A stretch of 64,000 nt of DNA from an uncultured Gammaproteobacteria bacterium (GTDB taxonomy: Bacteria > Patescibacteriota > Patescibacteriia > Patescibacteriales > GWE2-39-37), in contig CAYUCS010000001.1 of NCBI GenBank assembly GCA_964443495.1, forward strand, positions 469,496-533,495, in the 5' to 3' direction. Below the pieces are notes generated by a model. That model did not search any database. It was not told the DNA's origin and saw only the letters and a program-made list of their open reading frames with translations. Positions 25,880-35,076 of this stretch are shown here, piece after piece (within the stretch, counting starts at the first letter, position 1; every line of letters begins with the position of its first letter). Both the position numbers and the translations under genes were made by a program.

Positions 25880-27795
25880 GCCATTGCCCGAAAATGTCTT
25901 TCCGACAGCGCAACAACAAGAAGAACGCAGCACAAGATAATCGCATTAGGTTCATAATGGCGGTTGTTTTTTTGTTCGGCGGAACCACGATCTGGAAATT
26001 ATACGACCTCCAGGTGCGGCAACATGGCCATTTCGTCGCGCTGGCGCAGCGGCAGCAGCAGGGAATCAGCACCTTGTTGCCCAAGCGCGGGCGGATATTC
26101 ATCCAAGACAGCCAGGAGTTCAAGGCCAACGGCGAGCTTTTCCCGCTGGCGACTAACAAACAGTTCGCGACGCTTTATGCCAAGCCCGGATTGATCAAGG
26201 ATGTTCCGGCCGCCGCCGAAGCCCTTTACGCCACTTATAACCAGGCGCGCGTCGAACGCGAAATCGACAGCCTTATCGCCAACGATCCGAACATGGCATC
26301 GAGCACCGCCGAATTCAGGCAAGTCAAGAAAGAGTTGGAATTGCGCCAGCGCAAAGAGAAAATTATCAACGAATACCTGTCGGTGCTGAGCCGGAAAGAC
26401 GATCCCTATGTACCAATATCGAAAAAAGTAGAAGAGGAAGAGGCCTTGGCGATAAAAAATTTGAAAATCGAAGGATTGGAATATGATATGTTCCAGGACA
26501 GGTTTTATCCGGAACGGAATGTCGGCTCGCACTTGCTGGGCTTTTTGGGTTATGTCGATGACGTCAGGCGCGGCCGATACGGCCTTGAAGGATTCTTCGA
26601 GCGCGAGCTGGCTGGCAGCAGCGCCACTATGCAGGTGCAGAAAAGCGGTTCTGGCGACGCTATGCTTAGCAGCGACCAGCTTGGCAAAGTCGAGGATGGC
26701 AGCGACCTGATTTTGTCGATCAATCGTTCCGTCCAGTTCGAGACTTGCCGTCTGCTCAAAGCGGCCGTGGATCGCCATGGCGCCGACGGCGGAAGCGTCG
26801 TGATTATGGAGCCTAAAACCGGGGCCATCATCGCCATGTGCGCAGTGCCGGATTTTGATCCGAATAATTACCGCGAAGTCTCGAATATCGAAGTATTCAA
26901 CAACCCGGTCATTTTTGACAGCTATGAGCCCGGCTCGACCTTTAAGGCCATTACCATGGCGGCGGCGGTAGATCAGGTCAAGGTGGGCCCGAATACTACG
27001 TACAGCGACAAGGGGTACATAATGGTTGAAGGTTGGCCGAAGCCGATCAAGAATTCTGATTACGAATCCAAGGGAGGGCACGGCGTGACGAACATGAATA
27101 TCGTCTTGCAAGACTCGCTCAACACCGGCTCATATTTCGCCATGCAATCGATCGGCGCGCCGATGTTCGCCGAATATCTCAAGCGTTTCGGCTTCGGCGA
27201 AAAGACCGGCATCGAGCTGGAGACCGAAACGGCGGGCAATATCAGCAGCATGACCGGCAAGAAGATACGTCCGGTGGCCGCGGCCACTGCCTCGTTCGGC
27301 CAGGGCATTACGGCCACGCCGATCCAGATGATCAATTCCTACGCCGTGATAGCCAATGGCGGCATGCTGATGAAACCATTCCTGGTCAAGGCAATCATCT
27401 CTCCTGACGGCCAGCAGATAGTCACTCAGCCGACCCAGGTCCGACGCGTCATTTCCAACCGTACCGCAACATTGATGACCGGCATGCTGGTTAATGCAGT
27501 TGAAAACGGCCACGCCAAAAGAGCCAAGGTGTCCGGTTATTACGTGGCTGGCAAGACCGGCACTGCGCAGGTGGCATCGAAGGACAAGAAAGGTTATGGC
27601 GATCAAACCATCCAGACCTTCATCGGTTACGCGCCTGCTAATAGTCCTAAATTCGTCATGCTGACCCGTCTGGATGATCCGAAAGATTCCAAATTCGCTG
27701 AAAGTTCGGCAGTACCGTTATTTGGTGAAATCGCCACTTTCGTATTAAACTATTATCAAGTACCACAGGAAAGAAAGGTTGAGTCCAAAAAATAA
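25876..27795 (+). CDS. ftsI: Class B penicillin-binding protein (FtsI/PBP2-type transpeptidase)
   Basis: It has a TM anchor, SxxK (GSTFK) and KTG (AGKTGTAQ) motifs, and sits in the dcw context. An alternative ATG lies at 25894. Confidence 0.85.
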   Translation: MSHCPKMSFRQRNNKKNAAQDNRIRFIMAVVFLFGGTTIWKLYDLQVRQHGHFVALAQRQQQGISTLLPKRGRIFIQDSQEFKANGELFPLATNKQFATLYAKPGLIKDVPAAAEALYATYNQARVEREIDSLIANDPNMASSTAEFRQVKKELELRQRKEKIINEYLSVLSRKDDPYVPISKKVEEEEALAIKNLKIEGLEYDMFQDRFYPERNVGSHLLGFLGYVDDVRRGRYGLEGFFERELAGSSATMQVQKSGSGDAMLSSDQLGKVEDGSDLILSINRSVQFETCRLLKAAVDRHGADGGSVVIMEPKTGAIIAMCAVPDFDPNNYREVSNIEVFNNPVIFDSYEPGSTFKAITMAAAVDQVKVGPNTTYSDKGYIMVEGWPKPIKNSDYESKGGHGVTNMNIVLQDSLNTGSYFAMQSIGAPMFAEYLKRFGFGEKTGIELETETAGNISSMTGKKIRPVAAATASFGQGITATPIQMINSYAVIANGGMLMKPFLVKAIISPDGQQIVTQPTQVRRVISNRTATLMTGMLVNAVENGHAKRAKVSGYYVAGKTGTAQVASKDKKGYGDQTIQTFIGYAPANSPKFVMLTRLDDPKDSKFAESSAVPLFGEIATFVLNYYQVPQERKVESKK

Positions 27796-27799
27796 TAAT

Positions 27800-29092
27800 A
27801 TGTTCAAAAAAATATTACAATGGAAATTAAGGTTCTGGTCAAGGCTTATTTTGAATAAGTACCAGCCGGAAGTTATCGGGGTTACCGGCAGCGCTGGCAA
27901 GACTAGTTCGCGCGAAGCCATTTATACGGTTTTGGCCAGCAAATTCCAGGTCCGCCAGAACATCAAGAATTATAATAATGAAATCGGCCTGCCCCTGACC
28001 ATCATCGGCATCGAATCACCCGGCCGCTCGCTTTTCGGCTGGAGCAAGGTTTTTTTGAAAGCCGTCGGTCTGCTTCTGAAAAAAGACAAAACCTATCCCG
28101 ATATTCTGGTTTTGGAAATGGGTGTTGATCACCCGGGTGATATGGCGTACCTGGTAAATTTCGTCAAGCCGAAGATCGGGGTGGTCACCCTGATCGGGCC
28201 GATGCATCTTGAGCATTTCGGCACGATTGAAAAGATAGAAAAGGAAAAGGGCGGGCTGGTAACTTCGCTGCCCAATGATGGCTGGGCGATCGTCAACTAC
28301 GACGACGAACGCTGCCGTGCTATCGGCAAGGCAAGCAAGGCCAAGACCTTGACTTATGGCTTCGATCAGAAAGCAACGGTCCGGGCAGTCGAGATATTCT
28401 TCAGCTTCGAGCATCAGGCCGATCATGACGACCTGGCTGGCGTCAGCTTCAAATTGAGCTATGACGGTTCGATCGTGCCAGTTTTACTGCCCAAGGTTTT
28501 GGGTTATGGCGCCATTTATGCCGCTTTGGCCGGCGCGGCCGTGGGTGTGGCTTACGGCATGAATTTGGTAGATATCGCCCAAGCATTGCGCAATCTGCAC
28601 TCGCCCAAGGGGCGCATGAATATCATTCCCGGCATAAAGAATACCTTGATTATCGATGACACATATAACGGTTCGCCGCAGCCGACTATCGCTGCTTTGA
28701 AGGTGGCGGGCAAGATTCCTTTGGCTAAGGGCGCAAGAAGGATCGCCGTGCTTGGCGACATGATGGAGCTTGGGCACTTTACTCAAGAAGGGCATCGCAA
28801 TGTCGGGCGCACCGCGGCCGAAAACCATGTAGACATCCTGGTCGCAGTCGGCGAACGTTCAAAAGAAACAGCCAAAGCTGCCGAGCAGGCTGGCTTGCCT
28901 AAGGACAAGATATTCAAATTCGATTCTTCTGAAGACGCCAAGGGCTTCCTTCGTGAGCTTTTAGTTCCTGGCGATCTGGTCCTAGTCAAAGGTTCCCAGT
29001 CGATGCGGATGGAGAAAGTGGTCAAGAAAGCGATGGCTGACCCATCAAAAGCCAAAGAGTTGCTTGTCAGGCAGGATTGGGTCGACGCATAA
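27800..29092 (+). CDS. murF: UDP-N-acetylmuramoyl-tripeptide--D-alanyl-D-alanine ligase
   Basis: GVTGSAGKTS is the P-loop, and the body is Mur-ligase-like (LEMGVDHPGDM, DDTYNGSP, GDMMELG). I use the start at MFKKILQ; the tracked ORF starts at 27779. Confidence 0.85.
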   Translation: MFKKILQWKLRFWSRLILNKYQPEVIGVTGSAGKTSSREAIYTVLASKFQVRQNIKNYNNEIGLPLTIIGIESPGRSLFGWSKVFLKAVGLLLKKDKTYPDILVLEMGVDHPGDMAYLVNFVKPKIGVVTLIGPMHLEHFGTIEKIEKEKGGLVTSLPNDGWAIVNYDDERCRAIGKASKAKTLTYGFDQKATVRAVEIFFSFEHQADHDDLAGVSFKLSYDGSIVPVLLPKVLGYGAIYAALAGAAVGVAYGMNLVDIAQALRNLHSPKGRMNIIPGIKNTLIIDDTYNGSPQPTIAALKVAGKIPLAKGARRIAVLGDMMELGHFTQEGHRNVGRTAAENHVDILVAVGERSKETAKAAEQAGLPKDKIFKFDSSEDAKGFLRELLVPGDLVLVKGSQSMRMEKVVKKAMADPSKAKELLVRQDWVDA

Positions 29093-29107
29093 AACAAATT
29101 ATTCGAG

Positions 29108-29135
29108 CAGGCCGGCAAACGCCGGCCTGTTTTTT
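29108..29135 (+). terminator. Intrinsic terminator after murF
   Basis: CAGGCCGGC (29108-29116) pairs with GCCGGCCTG (29121-29129) across an AAAC loop, with a T-run at 29130-29135. Confidence 0.85.
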
Positions 29136-29171
29136 AGTGTGATTTTAGCTTATTTTAGGTAAAAAATAACA

Positions 29172-29200
29172 TTGACATTGATGCAATATTATGTTATTAT
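29172..29200 (+). promoter_or_regulatory. Sigma70-type promoter (extended -10) for the TPM-LemA pair
   Basis: TTGACA lies at 29172-29177, then a 17-nt spacer, then TGtTATTAT with the hexamer at 29195-29200. Confidence 0.55.
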
Positions 29201-29295
29201 TTACAATTCGCACCTTGAAAAATTTTTCAGAATTTACGCAAAGTTAGCGGTAAAATACAGAGAAGTTCACTACCACTCAGCAAAGGAGGAAGAAG

Positions 29296-31347
29296 ATGAA
29301 GCGATGGAAAACTATGATGTGTCTGGTGGCCGCGCTAGTGTTGGCGGCAACGGCGGTATTTGCCTTTGATTTCGGCATAAATCTACCACCGAAACCGCAG
29401 GGGTTTGTCAACGACTATGCCAATGCGATCAACCCCGAACAGGAACGGCAGCTGGAAAATCGCCTGGCCCAGATTCAAACGAAGGGTTTGGCGACGATCA
29501 CCGTTCTGGTGGTCAAGAACCTTAACGGCAACGAGATTTCCGAGTATTCGATCAACGTTTGCGACCTGTGGAAGGTTGGCAAGAAAGGAGCTGATAACGG
29601 CGTATTGATAACCATCGCCACTGATGAGCGTGGCAAAAACGGCAAGCCAGGCCGGAGAAGGATCGAGGTTGGCCGGGGGCTTAACGGCGTTTTGACCGAT
29701 GCGGCGACCGGCCGCATAAACAAGGCCACACGTGAAACCTTCGATCGAGGCGATATCGGCGGCGCGCTCATGGCGACTGCCGACAGTATCGAAAAGTTGC
29801 TGGCCAAAGAGAAGGCAGCTCAACCGCCAGCTGTCAAAGCGGCGGCGAAGCCGGATAAGGCGATCGACTTTTCGGGCATCTTGCTTTATGCGCTGATGTC
29901 CATCGTGTCGATAGTCGTGCTGGCGCTCATTGGCAACGGAGTAATCAAGCGTATCAATCGCAACCGAGAAAGGAGGGAGGCGGAAGGAATCAAGAGCGAA
30001 CTGATGAAGGAGTACGAAAACACTATCCAGGCAATCGGTGCGGTTCTCTGCGAAGCAGAAAAGGATGCTCTGCGATTGCCGAAGCTGGCCAGTGCGGAAG
30101 GTTTGGCTATCATCAACAACATGCGCAAGATTCGTGATGAAGTCGTGCGCTCGAGAGAGCTGTTCTGCGCGGAAACGTCCTTGAAAGGGCTGGTACGCGA
30201 CCAGCCGAAGATCAAAAACATCCTTCTGGAAAGGCAGGGCGCTTGCAAAGTCTTCGGCGACCTGATCAAGGCGTTGCCGCAGCAACTTGAACAGAAATTC
30301 GTTCAGGCGGCCGGCAAGGTCCTCGAGTTCGAGCAAAAGATCGAGGCGCAGGAGAAGCAAGCTGCTACGATGTCAAAGGAAGGTTATGTCGTGGAGACCA
30401 AGCAGCTGACTGCCTTCGAAAATGAGCTTCGGCTGCTTAAGGCGACTATCGATGAACAGTCGCAACATCCGGATGAAATCGTCTGGAAGCTTTGGTCGGA
30501 CAAGCTGGAGGCTATAAGCGCCAGCATCGGAAAGCCGAAACGCGTACGCGAGGAGGCTTCCGCCCTTATCCGCAAGAACCAGGAGCTGTTTGCCGACCTT
30601 GCCAGCAAGAATGCGCAAGCCGTTGCCACTCTGTCAAAATTACAGACACAGCTGCCAACGGAGGCGTGGCAGGATTTGCCGCGGCAATGCGGCGAAATCG
30701 AGAAACGCTTTTCGACTTTCAAGGCGCTCAATCTAACAGCATCCGATGCTAATGAGATTTCATCTGAAATTCCCGATTTCGGCCTTACCCAAGCCAAGGC
30801 GGCAGGCGCTGAGCTTGACGCTGTCAGGAAGACGTATAAGGCGATAGAATCCTTGGCGTCTGAATTCGAACAGGCCAAAGTTGAGTATCTAGCGGCTTTC
30901 GAGAGGGCAGAGCAAGCTGTCAGGGCAGCGATTTCCGCCGTAAAGGCAGAGGGCGTCACAAGAGAAACTTCGGGAAGAATCAAAAATCTCGAAGGCAAGC
31001 TTGCTGAAGCCAGGGCGCTGGTGCTGCAGGCCAAACAGGGGCAGATGGTCAACTTGATGGTTGTCATGACGCTGATAGCTGGCGTAAGCAAAGCAGCCAA
31101 AGAAATAAGCAGGTTGGCCGAAGAGCAAGCCGAGGCTCACCAGGCGGAGTTGAGAAGGCAGGCTCGCTTGAAAAAAGAGCGAGAGGACGCCGACCGCCGC
31201 GAACGTGAGCGGAGCATGGCAGTGGTTTCTGATGACGATGACTGGAGAAGAAGCCGCGGAGGCGGGGGTGGAGGCATCGTCCTTGACTCGCCATCGCCAA
31301 GCCCTGATACTGGCGGGGGCTTTGACGGCAGCGGCGCTGATGACTGA
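29296..31347 (+). CDS. TPM-domain (YgcG-like) membrane protein with a long coiled-coil extension and a Gly-rich tail
   Basis: It has a signal peptide and a TPM core (VNDYANAINPEQERQLENRL, TVLVVKNL, GVLITIATDER, RIEVGRGLNGVLTD), followed by a TM helix (ILLYALMSIVSIVVLALIG). About 400 aa of heptad-rich sequence follows, and the protein ends in RSRGGGGGGIVLD...GGGFDGSGADD. Confidence 0.75.
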   Translation: MKRWKTMMCLVAALVLAATAVFAFDFGINLPPKPQGFVNDYANAINPEQERQLENRLAQIQTKGLATITVLVVKNLNGNEISEYSINVCDLWKVGKKGADNGVLITIATDERGKNGKPGRRRIEVGRGLNGVLTDAATGRINKATRETFDRGDIGGALMATADSIEKLLAKEKAAQPPAVKAAAKPDKAIDFSGILLYALMSIVSIVVLALIGNGVIKRINRNRERREAEGIKSELMKEYENTIQAIGAVLCEAEKDALRLPKLASAEGLAIINNMRKIRDEVVRSRELFCAETSLKGLVRDQPKIKNILLERQGACKVFGDLIKALPQQLEQKFVQAAGKVLEFEQKIEAQEKQAATMSKEGYVVETKQLTAFENELRLLKATIDEQSQHPDEIVWKLWSDKLEAISASIGKPKRVREEASALIRKNQELFADLASKNAQAVATLSKLQTQLPTEAWQDLPRQCGEIEKRFSTFKALNLTASDANEISSEIPDFGLTQAKAAGAELDAVRKTYKAIESLASEFEQAKVEYLAAFERAEQAVRAAISAVKAEGVTRETSGRIKNLEGKLAEARALVLQAKQGQMVNLMVVMTLIAGVSKAAKEISRLAEEQAEAHQAELRRQARLKKEREDADRRERERSMAVVSDDDDWRRSRGGGGGGIVLDSPSPSPDTGGGFDGSGADD

Positions 31348-31387
31348 TCATGACCCCGAAAGGGAATAACCAAGGAGGAAGACATTG

Positions 31388-31969
31388 ATGAAAAGGATTT
31401 GTTCGATGGTTTTGCTGTTTGCAGTACTAACCCTTTCCGGCTGCGGCTACAACACGATGCAGGCCAATGAGGAAGCGGTGACTGCCGCCTGGGGAGATGT
31501 CGAGGCGTCGTACCAGCGTCGCGCTGATCTGATTCCGAATCTGGTCGAGGTGGTCAAAGGTTACGCCAAGCACGAGAGCGAGACGCTCAAGGCCGTAACC
31601 GAGGCTCGGGCCAAGGTCGGTTCGATCCAGCTCAACCAGGCTATGATCAACGATCCGGCGATGCTGAACAAATTCCAGTCGGCCCAGGGAGAGCTTTCGA
31701 GCGCCCTGTCGCGCCTGATGGTGGTGGTCGAAAAATACCCGGATCTCAAGGCGAACCAGCAATTCGCTGACCTGCAGAACCAGATGGAAGGCACGGAGAA
31801 TCGGATCAACGTCGCGAGATCGCGCTATAACAAGGCGGTCCAGGAGTTCAATGTCAGCATCAGGACCTTTCCGAACAGCCTGACCAACTCGATGCTCCTG
31901 CATCTCGCGAGAAAAGAGCCGTTCAAGGCCGATGAAAAGGCCAAGGTCGCTCCGCAGGTCAAATTCTGA
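31388..31969 (+). CDS. lemA: LemA family protein
   Basis: The lipobox-type N-terminus is LTLSGC. LemA core segments are present ([61 protein letters not shown]). Confidence 0.85.
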   Translation: MKRICSMVLLFAVLTLSGCGYNTMQANEEAVTAAWGDVEASYQRRADLIPNLVEVVKGYAKHESETLKAVTEARAKVGSIQLNQAMINDPAMLNKFQSAQGELSSALSRLMVVVEKYPDLKANQQFADLQNQMEGTENRINVARSRYNKAVQEFNVSIRTFPNSLTNSMLLHLARKEPFKADEKAKVAPQVKF

Positions 31970-31988
31970 AAAACGCACCTTGCATAAC

Positions 31989-32019
31989 AAAAAGCCGCTT
32001 GGAGACAAGCGGCTTTTCT
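31989..32019. terminator. Bidirectional terminator between convergent genes
   Basis: AGCCGCTT (31993-32000) pairs with AAGCGGCT (32007-32014), flanked by an A-run and a T-run. Confidence 0.7.
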
Positions 32020-32033
32020 ATTTGCTGAAACGG

Positions 32034-32786
32034 TTATTTGTTTTTAGCGATCTGCTCGGATGAGCTGATCTGATGGTAATGTATCGCGACATCGGCAATC
32101 CATTTGCGCACGCTTTCAGGGTCGTGGCCGGCACAGGTGCTGCCGCACTTCCAGGAAATCATCTCGGCCGGATTACGGGCACCCCTTTTGACCATCGACT
32201 CGATACGGTCACCTACCACCTTGATGGCGTGTTCCGGGGAGTCGAAGCAGGAGTAGCCGCTGGCGGTCGTGTTTTCCTTGCCGCGGTAGCCCCAGTAATT
32301 GTAGCATTCGGCGCCGTTCTTCTTGGGAGAATAGATGCCGAACTTGCTTTCTTTCATGGCGATGCCGACCAGGTAGGCGGCGACCTTGGTTTCTCTTTCG
32401 GAGATGGCATCAACCATCTTTTCCATCGGGGTGTTTTTGACGATGGAAACGACCTTGTTTCTCAGTTGGCTGTTTTTGGGAATCGGGGTAGGAAGGCATT
32501 CGTCCGATGAGTCTTTCTTAAAGGATGAGTAGGGTCCAGGCAGGCAGCCGCGGGCCGATTTCTTGCTCCCGGCGTAAAGGTAATAGTGTAGCTCATCGAC
32601 CTCGTTCTGGGGTAATAGGATAAAGAAACCGGCGATGCCGACGACAATAAGGCCTACCAACCCCTTATTCAATAGGAATGACGGCACTGCCGAGGTCTTG
32701 AGGTCTTCTGTCGTGGCAGGTGCCTGCTGCTTATTCATAGCTCTCAGCCGCTTTTGCAGCTTTAGTCTTTTTAAGCGATTTTTCAT
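32034..32786 (-). CDS. Membrane-anchored protein with a lytic-transglycosylase (SLT/lysozyme-like) C-terminal region
   Basis: It has an N-terminal TM helix (LVGLIVVGIAGFFILL). GIAMKESKFG resembles the catalytic E-S motif of SLT domains. The assignment is tentative. Confidence 0.4.
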   Translation of the reverse strand: MKNRLKRLKLQKRLRAMNKQQAPATTEDLKTSAVPSFLLNKGLVGLIVVGIAGFFILLPQNEVDELHYYLYAGSKKSARGCLPGPYSSFKKDSSDECLPTPIPKNSQLRNKVVSIVKNTPMEKMVDAISERETKVAAYLVGIAMKESKFGIYSPKKNGAECYNYWGYRGKENTTASGYSCFDSPEHAIKVVGDRIESMVKRGARNPAEMISWKCGSTCAGHDPESVRKWIADVAIHYHQISSSEQIAKNK

Positions 32787-33087
32787 AGGTTATCCGGGCT
32801 TTGCCCAAAAAAAAAGAACGGCCGCGTTCGGGCCATTCAAGTATGCAAACCTTAGCATAAATATCTAAAATTGTCAACCCCGGGGTGTCAAGAGTTGCCA
32901 TTGTTCGCCTTGGATCGCATCGACTGTGAGACTTACAATGATTTCATTTTTATACATGGAATGGACAGAAAACTTGCCTTGGTATATGGATTTTTTTTGA
33001 AATGAAAACTTTTATTTGATAAAATTATGACAAGATATATATTTTAGAAAATCCTGTCATTTTGTCAGTCATTAATTTAACAAAAAT

Positions 33088-33291
33088 ATGCCATCACTTG
33101 AACGATTTGTTGAAATAACGCTAATTACTTCATGCCTACTTTTTATCATTCCATTTATTTTTATATTTAAAAGCATAATAAAAAAAGACATATCCAGAGT
33201 TGGCAAATTTTTTTTATTGGTGATTTTAACTATTACATCTTTCGTCGCAACAGTCTTGGTTGTTGGATGGGTTTTGCATTTTTGGCTATAG
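33088..33291 (+). CDS. Possible small membrane protein (67 aa) in an AT-rich stretch
   Basis: It has two hydrophobic helices and a terminator hairpin follows. There is no SD, and AT-rich sequence makes chance ORFs likely. Confidence 0.3.
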   Translation: MPSLERFVEITLITSCLLFIIPFIFIFKSIIKKDISRVGKFFLLVILTITSFVATVLVVGWVLHFWL

Positions 33292-33324
33292 ACTTTGTTC
33301 AAGTCTATAAATTGGCTATATACT

Positions 33325-33354
33325 AAAAATCCACACATGAAAGTGTGGATTTTT
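33325..33354. terminator. Bidirectional hairpin terminator
   Basis: AAAAATCCACAC (33325-33336) pairs with GTGTGGATTTTT (33343-33354). Confidence 0.65.
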
Positions 33355-33360
33355 AGTATA

Positions 33361-33384
33361 TTTGTAGCGCTACGGGGAATCGAA
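33361..33384 (-). repeat. Duplicated 3' end of tRNA-Glu (T-loop to 3' trailer), att-like
   Basis: The 24-nt sequence TTTGTAGCGCTACGGGGAATCGAA is identical to 33473-33496. The adjoining sequence cannot form the T-stem or the rest of a tRNA. Confidence 0.85.
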
Positions 33385-33432
33385 GGGGCGGAAGCCCCAC
33401 AACGGCTCCGAGGTTCTCAGGCCTCATAACCA

Positions 33433-33468
33433 TACAAAAACAAAACCGACCCTTGAGCGGGTCGGTTT
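33433..33468 (-). terminator. Terminator downstream of tRNA-Glu
   Basis: ACCGACCC (33445-33452) pairs with GGGTCGGT (33459-33466). On the minus strand a T-rich run (TTTGTTTTT) follows. Confidence 0.7.
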
Positions 33469-33476
33469 CATTTTTG

Positions 33477-33548
33477 TAGCGCTACGGGGAATCGAACCCC
33501 GGTTACCAGGATGAGAACCTGATGTCCTAACCACTAGACGATAGCGCC
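33477..33548 (-). tRNA. tRNA-Glu (anticodon CUC)
   Basis: I folded the cloverleaf by hand on the minus strand. The acceptor is GGCGCTA/TAGCGCT, the D arm is GTCT-AGTGGTTA-GGAC and the anticodon arm is TCAGG-TTCTCAT-CCTGG. The variable loop is 4 nt, the T arm is CGGGG-TTCGATT-CCCCG and the discriminator is A. CCA is not encoded. Confidence 0.85.
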
Positions 33549-33628
33549 AAATATTCGGTTTTTTTCAAATAAAATAGCCCTTTAGCGAGGGTATTTTATA
33601 TAGAAAATAGTATAGAACAAAACTGAAA

Positions 33629-34564
33629 TTATGTCAAAACCTGATGGATTATTTCCGGGTAGCCCCTCAAGAATTCGCTGGAGCTGACTTCGGATTTGCC
33701 CTCAAGCTGCAGACGCTCGACAATCAGGGCATCGATGCCGCACTGGATCGCCAAGTGGCCGTGATCGATGAAGACCTCGCCGTGGCGGTACTGTTCGATG
33801 CGGTGCGGTTCGTGCTCTACTTTGGTAATCTTAAGGATCTGGCCTTGCCAGGTAGTCCAGGTGCCAGGCCAGGGTGTCATTGCCCGGACTTGCCTTTCCA
33901 GGCGATGCGCGGAATGAGACCAGTCGATGCGGCCGTCTTCTTTGGTGAGCGTTTTGACGTAACTGGCGTGCTCATTATCTTGCGGGTGCAGCTTGAGCTC
34001 GCCCGAGATATAGTGCTTCAGGACTTCAGGCAAGATGCCTGCGCCTAAAGGAGCGAGTTTTTCAGCCAAGGTCAGCGGGGTTTCTTCGGGGTCGAGCTCG
34101 ACTTTGGCCTGGAAGATGATCGGGCCGGTGTCGAGCGACTTGTCCATCTTCATTATGGTGACGCCGCTCTCGCGGTCGCCGTGCAGTATCGGGGCTTGCA
34201 AGACCGCGGCACCGCGGTATTTGGGCAAGAGGGAAGCGTGGATATTGATACAGCCGTGTCGAGGCAGGTTGAGCACGGATTCCGGTATGATCTGGGCATA
34301 AGCGACGACCACGATGACATCCGGCTTCAATCCGGCAAGTTCGGGCAGGATGTCGCTGATCTTTTCCGGCTGAAAGACCGGAATGCCGGCCTTCAAAGCA
34401 GCTTCCTTGACCGGTGTCGGGGTGATAATCTGCTTGCGCCCGATGGGCCGGTCCGGTTGGCTGACAACTCCGACCACGTCAAAATTACGGTCCTTGAGCA
34501 GGGCTTCTAGCGTCGGAACGCTGAACGACGGGGTGCCGATAAATATTGTCCTGATTCGGTTCAT
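33629..34564 (-). CDS. fmt: Methionyl-tRNA formyltransferase
   Basis: The sequence includes RTIFIGTPSFSVPTLEAL, INIHASLLPKYRGAAVLQAPI and the C-terminal domain. I use the ATG at 34564, 4 nt after the def stop; the tracked ORF extends to 34606. Confidence 0.9.
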   Translation of the reverse strand: MNRIRTIFIGTPSFSVPTLEALLKDRNFDVVGVVSQPDRPIGRKQIITPTPVKEAALKAGIPVFQPEKISDILPELAGLKPDVIVVVAYAQIIPESVLNLPRHGCINIHASLLPKYRGAAVLQAPILHGDRESGVTIMKMDKSLDTGPIIFQAKVELDPEETPLTLAEKLAPLGAGILPEVLKHYISGELKLHPQDNEHASYVKTLTKEDGRIDWSHSAHRLERQVRAMTPWPGTWTTWQGQILKITKVEHEPHRIEQYRHGEVFIDHGHLAIQCGIDALIVERLQLEGKSEVSSSEFLRGYPEIIHQVLT

Positions 34565-34568
34565 GAAG

Positions 34569-35051
34569 TTATTTTTTCTTTTTCGCGGTTGATTTTTTCG
34601 GGTCAAGATAGTCGATGAACAGCACCCCGTCGAGATGGTCGATCTCGTGCTGCAGCCCGCGAGCGATCAGGCCCTCGGCCTCGATGATGCCTTGCTTGTT
34701 CAACTCGGTCGTGAATTTGCAGCAGACTTTCTTGTGGCGGCTGATCTTGTGGAAGACGTCCGGCAGGGAAAGGCAGCCTTCCTCCTGCGTTTCACGGGCC
34801 CAAGATCGCTTGGTGATTTTGGGATTGATCAGGCAGATCGGCCCCTGGTCGGTATTGATCGTGATGAGGCGGATATTGTGGCCGACTTGAGGGGCAGCCA
34901 AGCCGACGCCATCCTTCTTGATCATGGTGTGCTTCATGTCGGCAATAAGCTTCTTGAGTTCCTTGGAGCTCAAGTCCTTGATTTCGACCTCGGCCGACAT
35001 CTTGCGCAGCCGCGGGTCGGGATGAGTGAGTATATTCAATAAATCAGGCAT
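34569..35051 (-). CDS. def: Peptide deformylase
   Basis: The three deformylase motifs are GLAAPQVG, EGCLSLP and QHEIDHLDG. Confidence 0.92.
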   Translation of the reverse strand: MPDLLNILTHPDPRLRKMSAEVEIKDLSSKELKKLIADMKHTMIKKDGVGLAAPQVGHNIRLITINTDQGPICLINPKITKRSWARETQEEGCLSLPDVFHKISRHKKVCCKFTTELNKQGIIEAEGLIARGLQHEIDHLDGVLFIDYLDPKKSTAKKKK

Positions 35052-35076
35052 ATTTTTGTGATTATTTAGCTAGTTT

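Noticed and set aside
29172-29369. 65-aa ORF upstream of and overlapping the TPM gene start.
   Set aside because: It begins inside the predicted -35 box and runs through the leader and SD of the TPM gene. It is most likely a chance AT-rich frame.
33385-33476. A possible second tRNA gene next to tRNA-Glu, suggested by the repeated 3' end.
   Set aside because: The sequence upstream of the repeated 24-mer cannot supply the 5' half of the T-stem (GCCCC where CGGGG is needed), an acceptor 5' strand or a D arm. It is a fragment, not a gene.
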